DNA of 64,000 bases from Sphingobacteriales bacterium 39-19 (GCA_001898465.1 MKTX01000003.1:123684-187683), one strand, 5' to 3'. Shown: positions 9,414-19,403, counted from the first letter of the stretch. The notes: generated from the sequence alone by a model not told the origin. A program made the numbers and translations.

Positions 9414-10190
9414 ATGTCAAAAAAAGAATCATATTGGGCAAAACATAAGCAAAAGCTTAGGGATACAGGCGAAGGCCTTCCGCAAATAAAGCACACCCTC
9501 CCTATTAGTGATGAAATGAAGGCCGTATTTGAGGAAGGCCAGGTATTACTTATTGATAAGCCATTGCACTGGACCTCATTTGATGTGGTAAGAAAGATAA
9601 GGAATGCCATACGCATAAAAAAAGTAGGCCATGCCGGCACTCTAGATCCACTGGCCACAGGCCTTTTAATCGTTTGTACCGGTAAATTCACAAAAAAAAT
9701 AAATGAGATCATGGCCGATGAAAAGGAATACACGGGAACTTTTACGGTAGGTGCGGTTACCCCCACTTACGACCTGGAAAGCGAGCCCGCCGATCTAAAA
9801 CCTTTTGATGGGATTACGGCAGAAGAAATAAAAAAAGCAACTCATTTCTTTTTAGGAGATATTATGCAATTACCACCCATTTATTCGGCCATAAAAAAAG
9901 AAGGGGAGGCGCTGTATAAATTAGCCAGGCGTGGCGAAGCAGTGGAGCTTACAGCCCGGCCGGTACAAATCCGGGAGTTTGAAATTACAAATATTGATTT
10001 GCCCGTTGTATCTTTTAAAGTGGTATGTTCTACCGGAACTTACATTCGCAGCCTGGCGCATGATATGGGGCAGCATTTAGGTTGTGGTGCATATTTAAGT
10101 TCACTCAGGCGTACCCGAATTGGAAAATACCCGGTACAGCAGGCCCAATCAATAGATCACTTCCTGCAATCTTTGGCCCCGGGTACTTAA
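9414..10190 (+). CDS. truB: tRNA pseudouridine(55) synthase
   Basis: LLIDKPLHWTSFDVV and the catalytic Asp motif GHAGTLDPLATGLL. The true start may be the ATG at 9516 (MKAVFEEGQVLLIDKP). Confidence 0.93.
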   Translation: MSKKESYWAKHKQKLRDTGEGLPQIKHTLPISDEMKAVFEEGQVLLIDKPLHWTSFDVVRKIRNAIRIKKVGHAGTLDPLATGLLIVCTGKFTKKINEIMADEKEYTGTFTVGAVTPTYDLESEPADLKPFDGITAEEIKKATHFFLGDIMQLPPIYSAIKKEGEALYKLARRGEAVELTARPVQIREFEITNIDLPVVSFKVVCSTGTYIRSLAHDMGQHLGCGAYLSSLRRTRIGKYPVQQAQSIDHFLQSLAPGT

Positions 10191-10594
10191 AAATATTTTT
10201 TTAATTTTTCTTTAAGTTCTTCGGGCATATTTATTTTTTTCATACCATCGGCCTGCATAAAATAAAGAGTTACATCACCCATATTGAGCAATTCATTTTG
10301 CTCATTATGAATCTCACTATGAAAAACAATTTTATGATGCACCGGGATTTCCCTAAGGGTTGTAGTTACGGTAATTAAATCATCATATTTTGCAGGCCTT
10401 AAAAATTTACTATGAATATCTACCACGGGTAAAATAATTCCCATGGCTTCTATATCCTTATAAACATAACCCAATGACCGGAAGGCTTCCGTTCTGCCGA
10501 TTTCATAAAACTGGGCATAATGGCCGTGGTATACGATTCCCATTTGGTCAGTAAGTGCATAATGGATCCGTATTTTGGTTTTACTTGTAAACAT
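10187..10594 (-). CDS. Acyl-CoA thioesterase, 4HBT/YbgC-like hotdog fold
   Basis: 135 aa. N-terminal RIHYALTDQMGIVYHGHYAQFYEIGRTEAFRSLG matches the YbgC/4HBT pattern (D..G.V.H..Y...FE.AR.E). Confidence 0.8.
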   Translation of the reverse strand: MFTSKTKIRIHYALTDQMGIVYHGHYAQFYEIGRTEAFRSLGYVYKDIEAMGIILPVVDIHSKFLRPAKYDDLITVTTTLREIPVHHKIVFHSEIHNEQNELLNMGDVTLYFMQADGMKKINMPEELKEKLKKYF

Positions 10595-10683
10595 GCCTAA
10601 AGATAATTATCCTTTCCCTTAATTGAACCATTTTACAGCCATTTCAATAGCATGGGCAAGGTAGATTCACCGAAAAATAAATG

Positions 10684-10691
10684 TAAATTTG
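10684..10691 (+). promoter_or_regulatory. TAnnTTTG -7 box upstream of the SpoU methyltransferase gene
   Basis: TAAATTTG at 10684-10691, 19 nt before the TTG start at 10711. Confidence 0.5.
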
Positions 10692-10710
10692 CAGCAATAA
10701 TTTTAAGCAA

Positions 10711-11481
10711 TTGAAAAATTTCAGGCACCAGCACCACCGGCCCCGGAAAAATTTATTGATCGTAGGCAGGCAGGCCGTGATAGAGGCATTAACAGCCGGC
10801 AAACAATTAGAAAGAATCTATATGCAGGCCAATGTACATGGCGAATTAATTGACGAGATTAAGCGGTTGGCCACTTTGCAGCAGGCGCCCATCAATAAAG
10901 TGCCGGTAGAAAAATTAAACAACCTGAACGTGAGCAATCATGAGGGTTGTGTAGCCTTGATTTCTAAAATACAATACCAGGATTTACAGCAAGTGATCTC
11001 TTTTGTTGTAGAAAAAGGGCAGGTGCCCCTGTTTGTAATGTTAGATGCAGTGACCGATATCCGTAATATTGGCGCAATTGCCCGAAGCGCTTATGCGTTA
11101 GGCGCCCAGGCCATCATTATACCCGATAAAGGAGTGGGTGCCTTACATGAAGATGCCATCTTAACCAGTGCCGGGGCACTCGAAAATATTTCAGTATGCC
11201 GGGTACCTAGTTTAATGAAGGCGGTGGACCTGCTTCACCTCAATGGCATCCTGGTGTATGCTACTGAAATGACAGCAAAAAAATTAATTTATGAATGTAA
11301 CTTATCAGAACCTTGCGCCATTGTAATGGGAGGTGAAGAAAACGGGATATATCCTGCTTTGCTTAAGATTTGCGATGCCTCCTGCAGTATTCCCATGCCC
11401 GGTAATTTTGAATCGCTGAATGTGTCAGTAGCTACCGGTATATTTTTATACGAAGCAGTGAGGCAACGCCAGAAAAAATAA
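10711..11481 (+). CDS. TrmH/SpoU-family RNA 2'-O-methyltransferase, RlmB-like (23S rRNA Gm2251)
   Basis: N-terminal substrate-binding domain (GRQAVIEAL) plus SpoU motifs (DAVTDIRNIGAIARSA, IVMGGEENG, IPMPGNFESLNVSVATGI). TTG start is uncertain. Confidence 0.8.
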   Translation: MKNFRHQHHRPRKNLLIVGRQAVIEALTAGKQLERIYMQANVHGELIDEIKRLATLQQAPINKVPVEKLNNLNVSNHEGCVALISKIQYQDLQQVISFVVEKGQVPLFVMLDAVTDIRNIGAIARSAYALGAQAIIIPDKGVGALHEDAILTSAGALENISVCRVPSLMKAVDLLHLNGILVYATEMTAKKLIYECNLSEPCAIVMGGEENGIYPALLKICDASCSIPMPGNFESLNVSVATGIFLYEAVRQRQKK

Positions 11482-11493
11482 AAACGGTAACAC

Positions 11494-12366
11494 ATGCAAC
11501 TGCCTATAGAAAAAAAAGAATTCCAATTGGTGGAATGCCCGAGAGATGCCATGCAGGGCTGGCCTCATTTTATTCCCACACAAAAGAAAATAGAATATAT
11601 TCAATCCCTTTTACAAGTGGGATTTCATACTTTAGATTGCGGTAGTTTTGTGTCTCCAAAAGCCATTCCGCAAATGGCCGATACCCCCGAAGTATTCAGT
11701 AAACTGGATGTACAGGATACAACTACAAAACTATTGGCGATTGTTGCAAACCTGCGGGGTGCCCGGGATGCTGTGCATTTTGAGCAGCTCACATACCTTG
11801 GTTTTCCTTTTTCTGTTTCAGAAACATTTCAACAACGAAATACCAACAGCAGCATTCAGGAATCGCTGGCGAGGGTAGCAGAAATTCAAAATCTATGTGT
11901 ACAGAAAAATAAATCTTTGGTTATTTATCTTTCCATGGGCTTTGGTAATCCTTATGGCGACCCGTATAACGAAGAAATTGTATTTGGCTGGGCACAAAAG
12001 ATGGCAACTATGGGAGTTAAAATCATTTCTGTAGCAGATACCGTAGGCCTGGCAGAAGCAGAACAAATAGGCCGGGTAGCTTCTTATTTAATAAAGGAGT
12101 TGCCTGCTGTACAGGTAGGTGTACACCTGCATTCAACTCCATTCCATTGGAAACAAAAAATAGAAGCGGCCTGGCAGGCAGGCTGCCAAAGGTTTGATGG
12201 AGCTATGAAAGGAATTGGCGGTTGCCCCATGGCAGATGATGTACTGGTAGGTAATATGGATACAGAACTGATGATCCCCTTTTTTAAAGGCAAAGCACAG
12301 TTATCTCAAATGAACGAAGCTGCCCTGGCCCGGTGCAGTGCATTGGCAGCCTCTATTTTTGTATAA
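11494..12366 (+). CDS. Hydroxymethylglutaryl-CoA lyase-like (DRE-TIM metallolyase)
   Basis: VECPRDAMQG (cf. E-x-G-PRDGLQ), the metal-binding context VHLHSTP, and about 290 aa. Confidence 0.72.
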   Translation: MQLPIEKKEFQLVECPRDAMQGWPHFIPTQKKIEYIQSLLQVGFHTLDCGSFVSPKAIPQMADTPEVFSKLDVQDTTTKLLAIVANLRGARDAVHFEQLTYLGFPFSVSETFQQRNTNSSIQESLARVAEIQNLCVQKNKSLVIYLSMGFGNPYGDPYNEEIVFGWAQKMATMGVKIISVADTVGLAEAEQIGRVASYLIKELPAVQVGVHLHSTPFHWKQKIEAAWQAGCQRFDGAMKGIGGCPMADDVLVGNMDTELMIPFFKGKAQLSQMNEAALARCSALAASIFV

Positions 12367-12383
12367 ATTTATTTTTTACATAC

Positions 12384-13376
12384 ATGGATTTTCATTTAGC
12401 TTTTACCCCCGGGAAAATGCCGGATAAATTAAATTACCGGCAACCTGTTCTCTTGCTGGGAAGTTGTTTTACCGAGAATATGGGTGAGAAATTAATACAG
12501 CATAAATTTAATGTATTGCAAAATCCCAATGGGATATTATTTAACCCCGTGAGTGTAAAAGAGGCGGTTGAAAATTATATCAGCAACAGGCAAATTGATG
12601 AAAAAGATATTTTCTATCTGCAAGATGGCTGGCATAGTTGGCAACACCATAGCCGATTCTCATCGCCCGACCCAAAAAAAACAATTGAACAAATTAATCT
12701 TTCTACACAAAAAGCACATCATTTTTTACAATCGGATGCTGTGGTTATTATAACCTTAGGCTCTGCATGGGTATATGAACTTACAGAAAAGGCGGCAGGA
12801 GCCATACCGGGCAGGGTGGCAGCCAACAACCATAAAGCACCCGCCGATTGGTTTCGCAGGAGGTTGCTGGGGGCAGGCGAGTTGCAGGAGATTTTATGGC
12901 AGCTGGTAAAAAAAATACAGGCTTTTAATCCTTTGCTTAAAATTATATTTACCATAAGCCCCGTCAGGCATTTGCGTGAAGGGTTTGTAGAAAACAACAG
13001 GAGCAAGGCGTTGCTGATACATGCCGTGCATTCAATAATTGAGCAGTTCAGCCATCTTTATTACTTTCCGGCCTATGAACTGGTGATTGATGATTTGCGG
13101 GATTATCGCTTTTATGCTGAAGACATGGTGCATCCCAATTATGCAGCAACTCAATATGTTTGGCAAAAATTTATTGCCTGTTGTATTGATGAACCATCGC
13201 AGTTGTTCATGCAAAAGGTGAATGAGATTAATGCGGCAAAAAATCACCGGGCATTCAACCCCGAATCGGAAGCGCATAAAAAATTCCTGGCGCTTACTTA
13301 CCAAAAATTACTGGTATTGCAGGAGCAATATCCCGGAATTAACCTGGAAGAGGAATTTCAATATTTTAAAGGATAA
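12384..13376 (+). CDS. GSCFA-domain protein
   Basis: Contains the family-naming motif LLGSCFTENMG near the N-terminus. About 330 aa. ATG at 12384 preferred over the GTG at 12333 used by the ORF track, which lies inside the upstream gene. Confidence 0.7.
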   Translation: MDFHLAFTPGKMPDKLNYRQPVLLLGSCFTENMGEKLIQHKFNVLQNPNGILFNPVSVKEAVENYISNRQIDEKDIFYLQDGWHSWQHHSRFSSPDPKKTIEQINLSTQKAHHFLQSDAVVIITLGSAWVYELTEKAAGAIPGRVAANNHKAPADWFRRRLLGAGELQEILWQLVKKIQAFNPLLKIIFTISPVRHLREGFVENNRSKALLIHAVHSIIEQFSHLYYFPAYELVIDDLRDYRFYAEDMVHPNYAATQYVWQKFIACCIDEPSQLFMQKVNEINAAKNHRAFNPESEAHKKFLALTYQKLLVLQEQYPGINLEEEFQYFKG

Positions 13377-13383
13377 TATTATT

Positions 13384-13881
13384 TTATGCAATTTTCAATT
13401 CCATTACATAATCGTTCATAAAAAAGCCATTCCCTATATCCATATCTTCTTCCCGGATGATGTGAAACCCCATCTTTACATAAAAATCAAAAGCCTTATT
13501 ATACCGGTTTACATGTAGGGTGAGTGAAATTGCATTTTCCTGCTTTGCCTCCCTGATCACAGCTTGTAACAGTTGCCTGCCAAAGCCTGCATTTTGTTGT
13601 TGTGGTAAAATATAGATTTTATCTAATTTACATTTTAATTTATCCTCATGATAAAAATGATAAGCTGCAAATGAAATGGGCAGGTTATGTTGGTAACCTA
13701 TTAAATAATGACAGCAGGGTGATTGAATTTGTTTTTTAAGTTCATCTGCATCGTAAAACAACTGCAGCATATACCGGATTTGTGCCTCACTTAAAATTTC
13801 TTTATAGGCTACGGGCCAGATTTTAAAAACCAGTGAGCGGATAATTTCTATATCTGCAATACCTGCTTTTTTAATAATCAT
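13384..13881 (-). CDS. GNAT-family N-acetyltransferase
   Basis: 165 aa. Acetyl-CoA binding motif QQQNAGFGRQLLQAVI (Q/RxxGxG/A). The start overlaps the upstream stop (TAATG). Confidence 0.8.
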   Translation of the reverse strand: MIIKKAGIADIEIIRSLVFKIWPVAYKEILSEAQIRYMLQLFYDADELKKQIQSPCCHYLIGYQHNLPISFAAYHFYHEDKLKCKLDKIYILPQQQNAGFGRQLLQAVIREAKQENAISLTLHVNRYNKAFDFYVKMGFHIIREEDMDIGNGFFMNDYVMELKIA

Positions 13882-14339
13882 TATAAAATTGAGAATTTTA
13901 TATTAGGGGCATACATCACACGGCCTTGTGCATCTTTTACAATGATATCAAAGAAAAGGAGTTCATCTCCTTTTTTAATAAGATCTTGAATTGTCTTTAT
14001 CCAAATTGCGCTCACGGGGGTTTTGGTAAATGCCTCTGCAGACATGGTATAAGTAGGGATCATCTTTCCTGTAACTTCATCTTCCCGTACGCCTAATTTT
14101 TTAAAACTCAACTGGTAATGCATAATCTTATAATCCTGTTTTTTGGCATCGGTAACTTTTAGGGGCATTGCTATAAGAGAAGTAGCAACCTGTGCGCTAA
14201 TGCCTGTGGAATCTGTATAGGTAGAAAGATATGTTTGCAGTTGCGGTACTTTGTAGGGCTTTACTACAGCAGGTTTTTGAGCATTGATAATCCCCGGAAT
14301 CAAAATAAGCATTAAAGCAAACAGGCGAATGATCTTCAT
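13881..14339 (-). CDS. Secreted hypothetical protein (signal peptide, beta-rich)
   Basis: N-terminal MKIIRLFALMLILIPGIINAQ signal sequence. I recognise no motif. Translationally coupled to the GNAT gene. Confidence 0.55.
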   Translation of the reverse strand: MKIIRLFALMLILIPGIINAQKPAVVKPYKVPQLQTYLSTYTDSTGISAQVATSLIAMPLKVTDAKKQDYKIMHYQLSFKKLGVREDEVTGKMIPTYTMSAEAFTKTPVSAIWIKTIQDLIKKGDELLFFDIIVKDAQGRVMYAPNIKFSIL

Positions 14340-14417
14340 ATAGTGTGTATATTTTATTACGAATCTACAACGATATTATCAACCGCTATATTAATTTAAC
14401 AAAATGATCAGGGTATC

Positions 14418-17078
14418 TTATAACTTGCTTAAACTATCCTCAATAATCCTGATTTTTGCTTCGGCATCCGTTTTTTTCTTTTGTTCCAGCGCCAAAACTT
14501 CGGGGCGTGCATTTTGTATAAACTTTTCGTTACTGAGTTTTTTTTCTACCTGGTTTAAAAATCCTTTCAGGTGGTTGAGTTCTTTTACCAGGTCATCTTT
14601 TTGCTGGCCACTATTCAGGGGCTGGGGAGTTACTATGTAAATTTTGTCTTTACCCATTACGCTGGTTATGCTTTCAGCAGGTGCCGTAGCAGAAAAAGTA
14701 ACGGAGCTGGCATTTACCTGTTTAGATAAAAGCGAAATCAGTTTTTTAAAAATTTCCGCATCGGCTGTATCCATTGTTACCTGGATGGCCTCCTTTGGTT
14801 TTACTTGTTGTTTATTGCGTACATCCCGGATGCCGGTAATAATATCTTTTAACTTTTTTCCACTTTCTAAAACAGTAGGATCAGGGTTTTCCACTTCTGT
14901 AAAACGTAAAATACAAATATCATTATCCCGGTTTGCCAATTCATGATAAATTTCTTCGGTAATAAATGGCATAAATGGATGAAGCGCCTGCATGAGTTCT
15001 GTAAAGAATAGAATGGTACGGTCATATACTTTTTGAGGCAGGGGTTGTTCAAAGCCGGGTTTTATCCATTCTAAATACCAGCTGCAAAAGTCGTCCCAAA
15101 TAAGCGAATACAAATTTTTAAGCGCTTCACTTAATTTAAATTGTTTCAGTAAGCCTTCTACTTCTAAGCGTACCTGGGCTAACCTGTTTTGGAACCAGGC
15201 CATGGCAAAGACAGCACCTTCATCCACTTCGCTGTTAGCATCCATTCGTTTCTCCCACATTTTTACCAGCTTCAGCGCATTCCACATTTTATTATTGAAG
15301 TTGCGGCCCTGTTCCAGTGATGATTCATCAAATAATAAATCGTTACCTGCCGGTGAAGCAATCATAATACCAAAGCGTACGGCATCTGCTCCATAGTTTT
15401 CAATAAGCATTAGCAGGTCCGGGCTATTACCCAGTTGTTTACTCATTTTACGTCCCTGCTTATCCCGTACCATGCCGGTAAAATATACATCGCTAAAAGG
15501 TTTTGTATGTGTATATTCATATCCAGCCATAATCATACGGGCTACCCAAAAGAAAATAATATCCTGCCCGGTAACAAGGGTGGTGGTGGGATAATAATAT
15601 TTAAAATCTTCATTTGCCGGGTGGCTGATACCTTTAAAAACTTCGATGGGCCATAGCCAGGATGAAAACCAGGTATCAAGCACATCTTCGTCTTGCCGGA
15701 TATGAGCATTATCTTTACCGGGATGTTCAGCGGCAAATTTTTCTTTGGCATCTTCCAGGTTCGCAGCAACTACATAATCTCCCGCATCGTTATACCAGGC
15801 AGGTATTTGTTGCCCCCACCAGAGTTGGCGGCTAATGCACCAATCCTTTATATTTTCGAGCCAGTGGTTATAGGTGTTTTTTAATTTAGCCGGATGAAAT
15901 TGAATTTCGTCTTGCATTACAGCGCTTAATACGGCTGGGTTGTTCGCTAAAAATTGATTCATATTGATGAACCACTGCATAGAGAGTTTATGTTCTATTA
16001 CTGCGCCTGTTCTTTCACTTGTACCCACTTGCCCTTTGTATTCTTCTGTCTTCACCACCTGGCCCATGGCACCCAGGTCTTCAATAATCTTTTTTCGCAA
16101 TGCAAACCGGTCCATTCCTGCATAATGTAAAACCTGTGCCCCCGGGTTATCTTCCATTAATTCTGCAACTGTAAATTTTCCGCTTTCATCTAAAGTATCT
16201 ATTGCTTTTAATGCATGTTTTTGGCCCAGCATATAATCATTCTTATCGTGTGCCGGTGTTACTTTTAAGGCGCCAGTTCCAAAATCAGTAGTTACATATT
16301 CATCCCCAATAATGGGTATTTTTCTGTTTATAATAGGAACGATCACTTCTTTACCGATATATTTTTGGTACCGGTCATCAGTTGGGTTTACACAAATGGC
16401 TACATCGCCCAAAATGGTTTCCGGCCGGGTGGTGGCAACGGTTATTGCATTGCCGCTATCATCAGCAAAATAATATTGTATAAAATATAATTTAGCATTT
16501 ACTTCTTTAAATATTACTTCTTCATCGCTTACAGCCGTTAAGCTTTCGGGATCCCAGTTTACCATTCTTTTGCCCCGGTAAATGAGTTTTTTATTATAGA
16601 GGTCAATAAAAACTTTTATTACACTTTGGTAGTAATCCGGGTCCATGGTGAAACTGGTGCGGCTCCAGTCCGGGCTGCATCCCAGTTTTTTTAATTGCTC
16701 GAGTATGATGCCTCCGTATTTTTCTTTCCATTCCCAGGCATATTGCAAAAATGCTTCCCGGCTTAAAGAGGATTTAGTGATTCCTTTTTCACGCAACATA
16801 GCTACCACTTTTGCTTCGGTGGCAATTGAAGCATGATCGGTACCCGGAACCCAACAGGCATTTTTTCCCTGCATACGGGCCGTTCTGATTAAAATATCCT
16901 GGATGGTATTATTGAGGCAATGACCCATATGCAATACACCCGTTACATTGGGTGGCGGTATCACAATGCTGTATGGCTCCCGCCCATCGGGCTTACTGTT
17001 AAAATATCCTTTGCTTAACCAATGGCTGTACCATTTAGCATCTACGGTAGCAGGCTCAAAATTTTTACTCAATTCCAT
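14418..17078 (-). CDS. valS: Valine--tRNA ligase
   Basis: HIGH motif (PPPNVTGVLHMGH), KMSKS motif (KMSKQLGN), a C-terminal coiled coil, 886 aa. Confidence 0.98.
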   Translation of the reverse strand: MELSKNFEPATVDAKWYSHWLSKGYFNSKPDGREPYSIVIPPPNVTGVLHMGHCLNNTIQDILIRTARMQGKNACWVPGTDHASIATEAKVVAMLREKGITKSSLSREAFLQYAWEWKEKYGGIILEQLKKLGCSPDWSRTSFTMDPDYYQSVIKVFIDLYNKKLIYRGKRMVNWDPESLTAVSDEEVIFKEVNAKLYFIQYYFADDSGNAITVATTRPETILGDVAICVNPTDDRYQKYIGKEVIVPIINRKIPIIGDEYVTTDFGTGALKVTPAHDKNDYMLGQKHALKAIDTLDESGKFTVAELMEDNPGAQVLHYAGMDRFALRKKIIEDLGAMGQVVKTEEYKGQVGTSERTGAVIEHKLSMQWFINMNQFLANNPAVLSAVMQDEIQFHPAKLKNTYNHWLENIKDWCISRQLWWGQQIPAWYNDAGDYVVAANLEDAKEKFAAEHPGKDNAHIRQDEDVLDTWFSSWLWPIEVFKGISHPANEDFKYYYPTTTLVTGQDIIFFWVARMIMAGYEYTHTKPFSDVYFTGMVRDKQGRKMSKQLGNSPDLLMLIENYGADAVRFGIMIASPAGNDLLFDESSLEQGRNFNNKMWNALKLVKMWEKRMDANSEVDEGAVFAMAWFQNRLAQVRLEVEGLLKQFKLSEALKNLYSLIWDDFCSWYLEWIKPGFEQPLPQKVYDRTILFFTELMQALHPFMPFITEEIYHELANRDNDICILRFTEVENPDPTVLESGKKLKDIITGIRDVRNKQQVKPKEAIQVTMDTADAEIFKKLISLLSKQVNASSVTFSATAPAESITSVMGKDKIYIVTPQPLNSGQQKDDLVKELNHLKGFLNQVEKKLSNEKFIQNARPEVLALEQKKKTDAEAKIRIIEDSLSKL

Positions 17079-17151
17079 GAATCTTTTCCTGTTTTGGTGG
17101 GCGAAGTTACAAAATAGTTTATGGAGCCAAATTGTAAATAATCATTCGGCA

Positions 17152-17919
17152 TCAGGCTTTTCCGCTTATGCGGTACACACAGTAACCTGCCCATTCTCTT
17201 ATCAGCTTTTCCCAGGCATCTATGGCCCCTGCGCTGGGGATTACCGCATCCAGGAAAGATTGTCCATGGGGTAAATCGTAATAGTTACACGGGAATGGCC
17301 TTACCCGATAACCTGCTTTTTTAAATACGGCTTCGGCTCTTTTCATATGCATGGCCGAAGTAATAAGTACATACGGCCCGGGCAACTGCATACTATCTAT
17401 TATTCTTTTGCTGAAGATTGCATTTTCAAAGGTATTACGGCTTTGGTTTTCTGTAATAATATCGGTGGCCGGTACCCTCATTTGTAATAAAATATCTTTT
17501 ACATAATCGGCCTCTTTAAATTCGGGATGAAATAGACTGCCACTTCCCCCGGTGATCATTATTTTTTTGATATGGCCGGTCTTATACAGCCGCAAAGCCT
17601 GTATAAACCTGTCGGAAGCCGATCCAAAATAGGCATTCCCATTTTGTGTATCAAAGGAAATAAAACCAGCCAGTACAATACCGGTTTCAAAATTCTCATT
17701 TCTGGTCAATGGCTTATAGGGCGATTGCCATTGTAAGTTTAACTGGTGAATGAGAAATGGGTTAGAAAAAATAAGGAAGCTGGCCACCACTAATTGAAAT
17801 AGTTTTTTCTTCCATACCTTATTTTTTACACAGACGGCCAGTATCAGCAGCAGCAACATCCAGTTGAATGGAGCAAATAAAAAACTAAAAATTTTTGAGA
17901 ATATAAAAAACATCGGCAC
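17152..17919 (-). CDS. YdcF/ElyC-like DUF218 protein, membrane anchored
   Basis: N-terminal TMs followed by the DUF218 pattern (IVLAG..., IMITGGSG, FENA, ITSAMHMKRA). Confidence 0.72.
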   Translation of the reverse strand: MPMFFIFSKIFSFLFAPFNWMLLLLILAVCVKNKVWKKKLFQLVVASFLIFSNPFLIHQLNLQWQSPYKPLTRNENFETGIVLAGFISFDTQNGNAYFGSASDRFIQALRLYKTGHIKKIMITGGSGSLFHPEFKEADYVKDILLQMRVPATDIITENQSRNTFENAIFSKRIIDSMQLPGPYVLITSAMHMKRAEAVFKKAGYRVRPFPCNYYDLPHGQSFLDAVIPSAGAIDAWEKLIREWAGYCVYRISGKA

Positions 17920-18035
17920 TAAGATAAGGGTTTCGGATATGAATAAAATTCCGGCTTTTAAAAATATAGGAAAGGGATGTAAAGCTAAAATAATTAGTAT
18001 ATTTGATACCTCATTTTTATCCAGGAAACGTTATT

Positions 18036-19394
18036 ATGAAAAAGGAGTTGTATGCCATTGTAGATATTGAAACCACGGGTGGTTATGCAGCTTCGCATGG
18101 CATTACAGAAATTGCCATTTTTATACACGATGGATTCCAGTTGTTAGAATCATACAATACACTCATCAATCCGGGCCAGCATATTCCATTGCATATAACG
18201 GCGCTTACCGGTATTAGTAATGAAATGGTACAAGAAGCACCTGCTTTTGAAGAAGTAGCAGATGAAATTTACCGGTTATTGCAGGATAAAATATTTGTTG
18301 CCCATAGTGTGAATTTTGATCATTCTTTTGTGCTTCATCATTTAAAATATTGTGGATACGACCTAAGGGTAAAAAAAATATGTACCGTTAGGCTGAGCCG
18401 GAAAGTATTTGCAGGGTTACCTTCCTATAGCCTGGGGAATTTATGCAGGAGCCTCCACATTCCGCTCACGGGCAGGCACCGGGCAGGAGGCGATGCGGCC
18501 GCCACCGTTTTACTTTTTGAAAAAATATTACAAAATAATGGCATCGCCCATATTGAGGCTATGCTAAAAAGAAGTTCTGCTGAGCAATGGATCCCTACCC
18601 AATTAGAAAAAGATAAAATTAATCAATTACCTGCCGGCCCGGGTGTATATTATTTATGTGATAAGAAAGGAAAAATCATTTATGTGGGCAAGGCCATTAA
18701 TATTAAAAAAAGGGTGAGCAGCCATTTTACACATAATGATGCGGGCAGTAAGCGGCAGCGTTTTTTACGTTTTGTAGCTGATATACGATATGTATCCTGC
18801 GCCAATGAATTACATGCACTGGTTTTGGAAAGCGCCGAAATTCGAAGGCTGTGGCCCAAATATAATTCCAGCCAAAAGCAGCCGGTACAAAAATTTGCCT
18901 TGTATTGTTTTGAAGATAGCAGGGGATACCTGCGATTAGCTATTGATAAAAAGAAAAAGAACCTGCCGGCTTTGTATAGTTTTAATTTATTGCATGAAGG
19001 AATGAGTATGCTTCGTAAAATGGCAGAAACTTTTGAACTGGATGAAAAATTATGTTTTTTGAACCGGAACGCTTTAACCCAAAATGATTTCGCTTTTTTA
19101 GAAGAACCTGTTTTTTATAATGGCAAAGTGAAAAAAGCGCTAGCATCTTTAGATGAAAAATTACCCAGTTTTGCTTTGCTGGAAGAAGACCCGGGCAAAA
19201 ATCAAACATTATGCATGTTGATTGACCGGGGAAATTTTTGGGGTATGGGCTATATCAGCCTTGCAAAAGAAAAAATCAATAAATCCATACTCAAGGAAAT
19301 CCTGGAGCCCTATCATGATAATGATTTTATACGGAATAGTATTTATTCTTATGCTTCCTCACATCCCGAAAAAATGCTGCCTTTAATGGATTAA
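18036..19394 (+). CDS. DEDDh 3'-5' exonuclease (Pol III epsilon-like) fused to a GIY-YIG nuclease domain (Cho/UvrC-N-like)
   Basis: ExoI DIETTG, ExoII-III region HSVNFDHSF, H-x4-D HRAGGDA. This is followed by GIY-YIG (GVYYLCDKKGKIIYVGKAINIKKRVSSHF ... E motif LESAEIRRLWPKYN). Confidence 0.85.
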   Translation: MKKELYAIVDIETTGGYAASHGITEIAIFIHDGFQLLESYNTLINPGQHIPLHITALTGISNEMVQEAPAFEEVADEIYRLLQDKIFVAHSVNFDHSFVLHHLKYCGYDLRVKKICTVRLSRKVFAGLPSYSLGNLCRSLHIPLTGRHRAGGDAAATVLLFEKILQNNGIAHIEAMLKRSSAEQWIPTQLEKDKINQLPAGPGVYYLCDKKGKIIYVGKAINIKKRVSSHFTHNDAGSKRQRFLRFVADIRYVSCANELHALVLESAEIRRLWPKYNSSQKQPVQKFALYCFEDSRGYLRLAIDKKKKNLPALYSFNLLHEGMSMLRKMAETFELDEKLCFLNRNALTQNDFAFLEEPVFYNGKVKKALASLDEKLPSFALLEEDPGKNQTLCMLIDRGNFWGMGYISLAKEKINKSILKEILEPYHDNDFIRNSIYSYASSHPEKMLPLMD

Positions 19395-19403
19395 CAGGAA
19401 GGG

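Noticed and set aside
14404-17274. Multiple 60-110-aa ORFs inside or antisense to valS (for example 14644-14946 and 16948-17274)
   Set aside because: All overlap a continuous 886-aa ValS frame with HIGH and KMSKS motifs, and none has a motif or independent signal. The same reasoning applies to the other short overlapping ORFs throughout the track.
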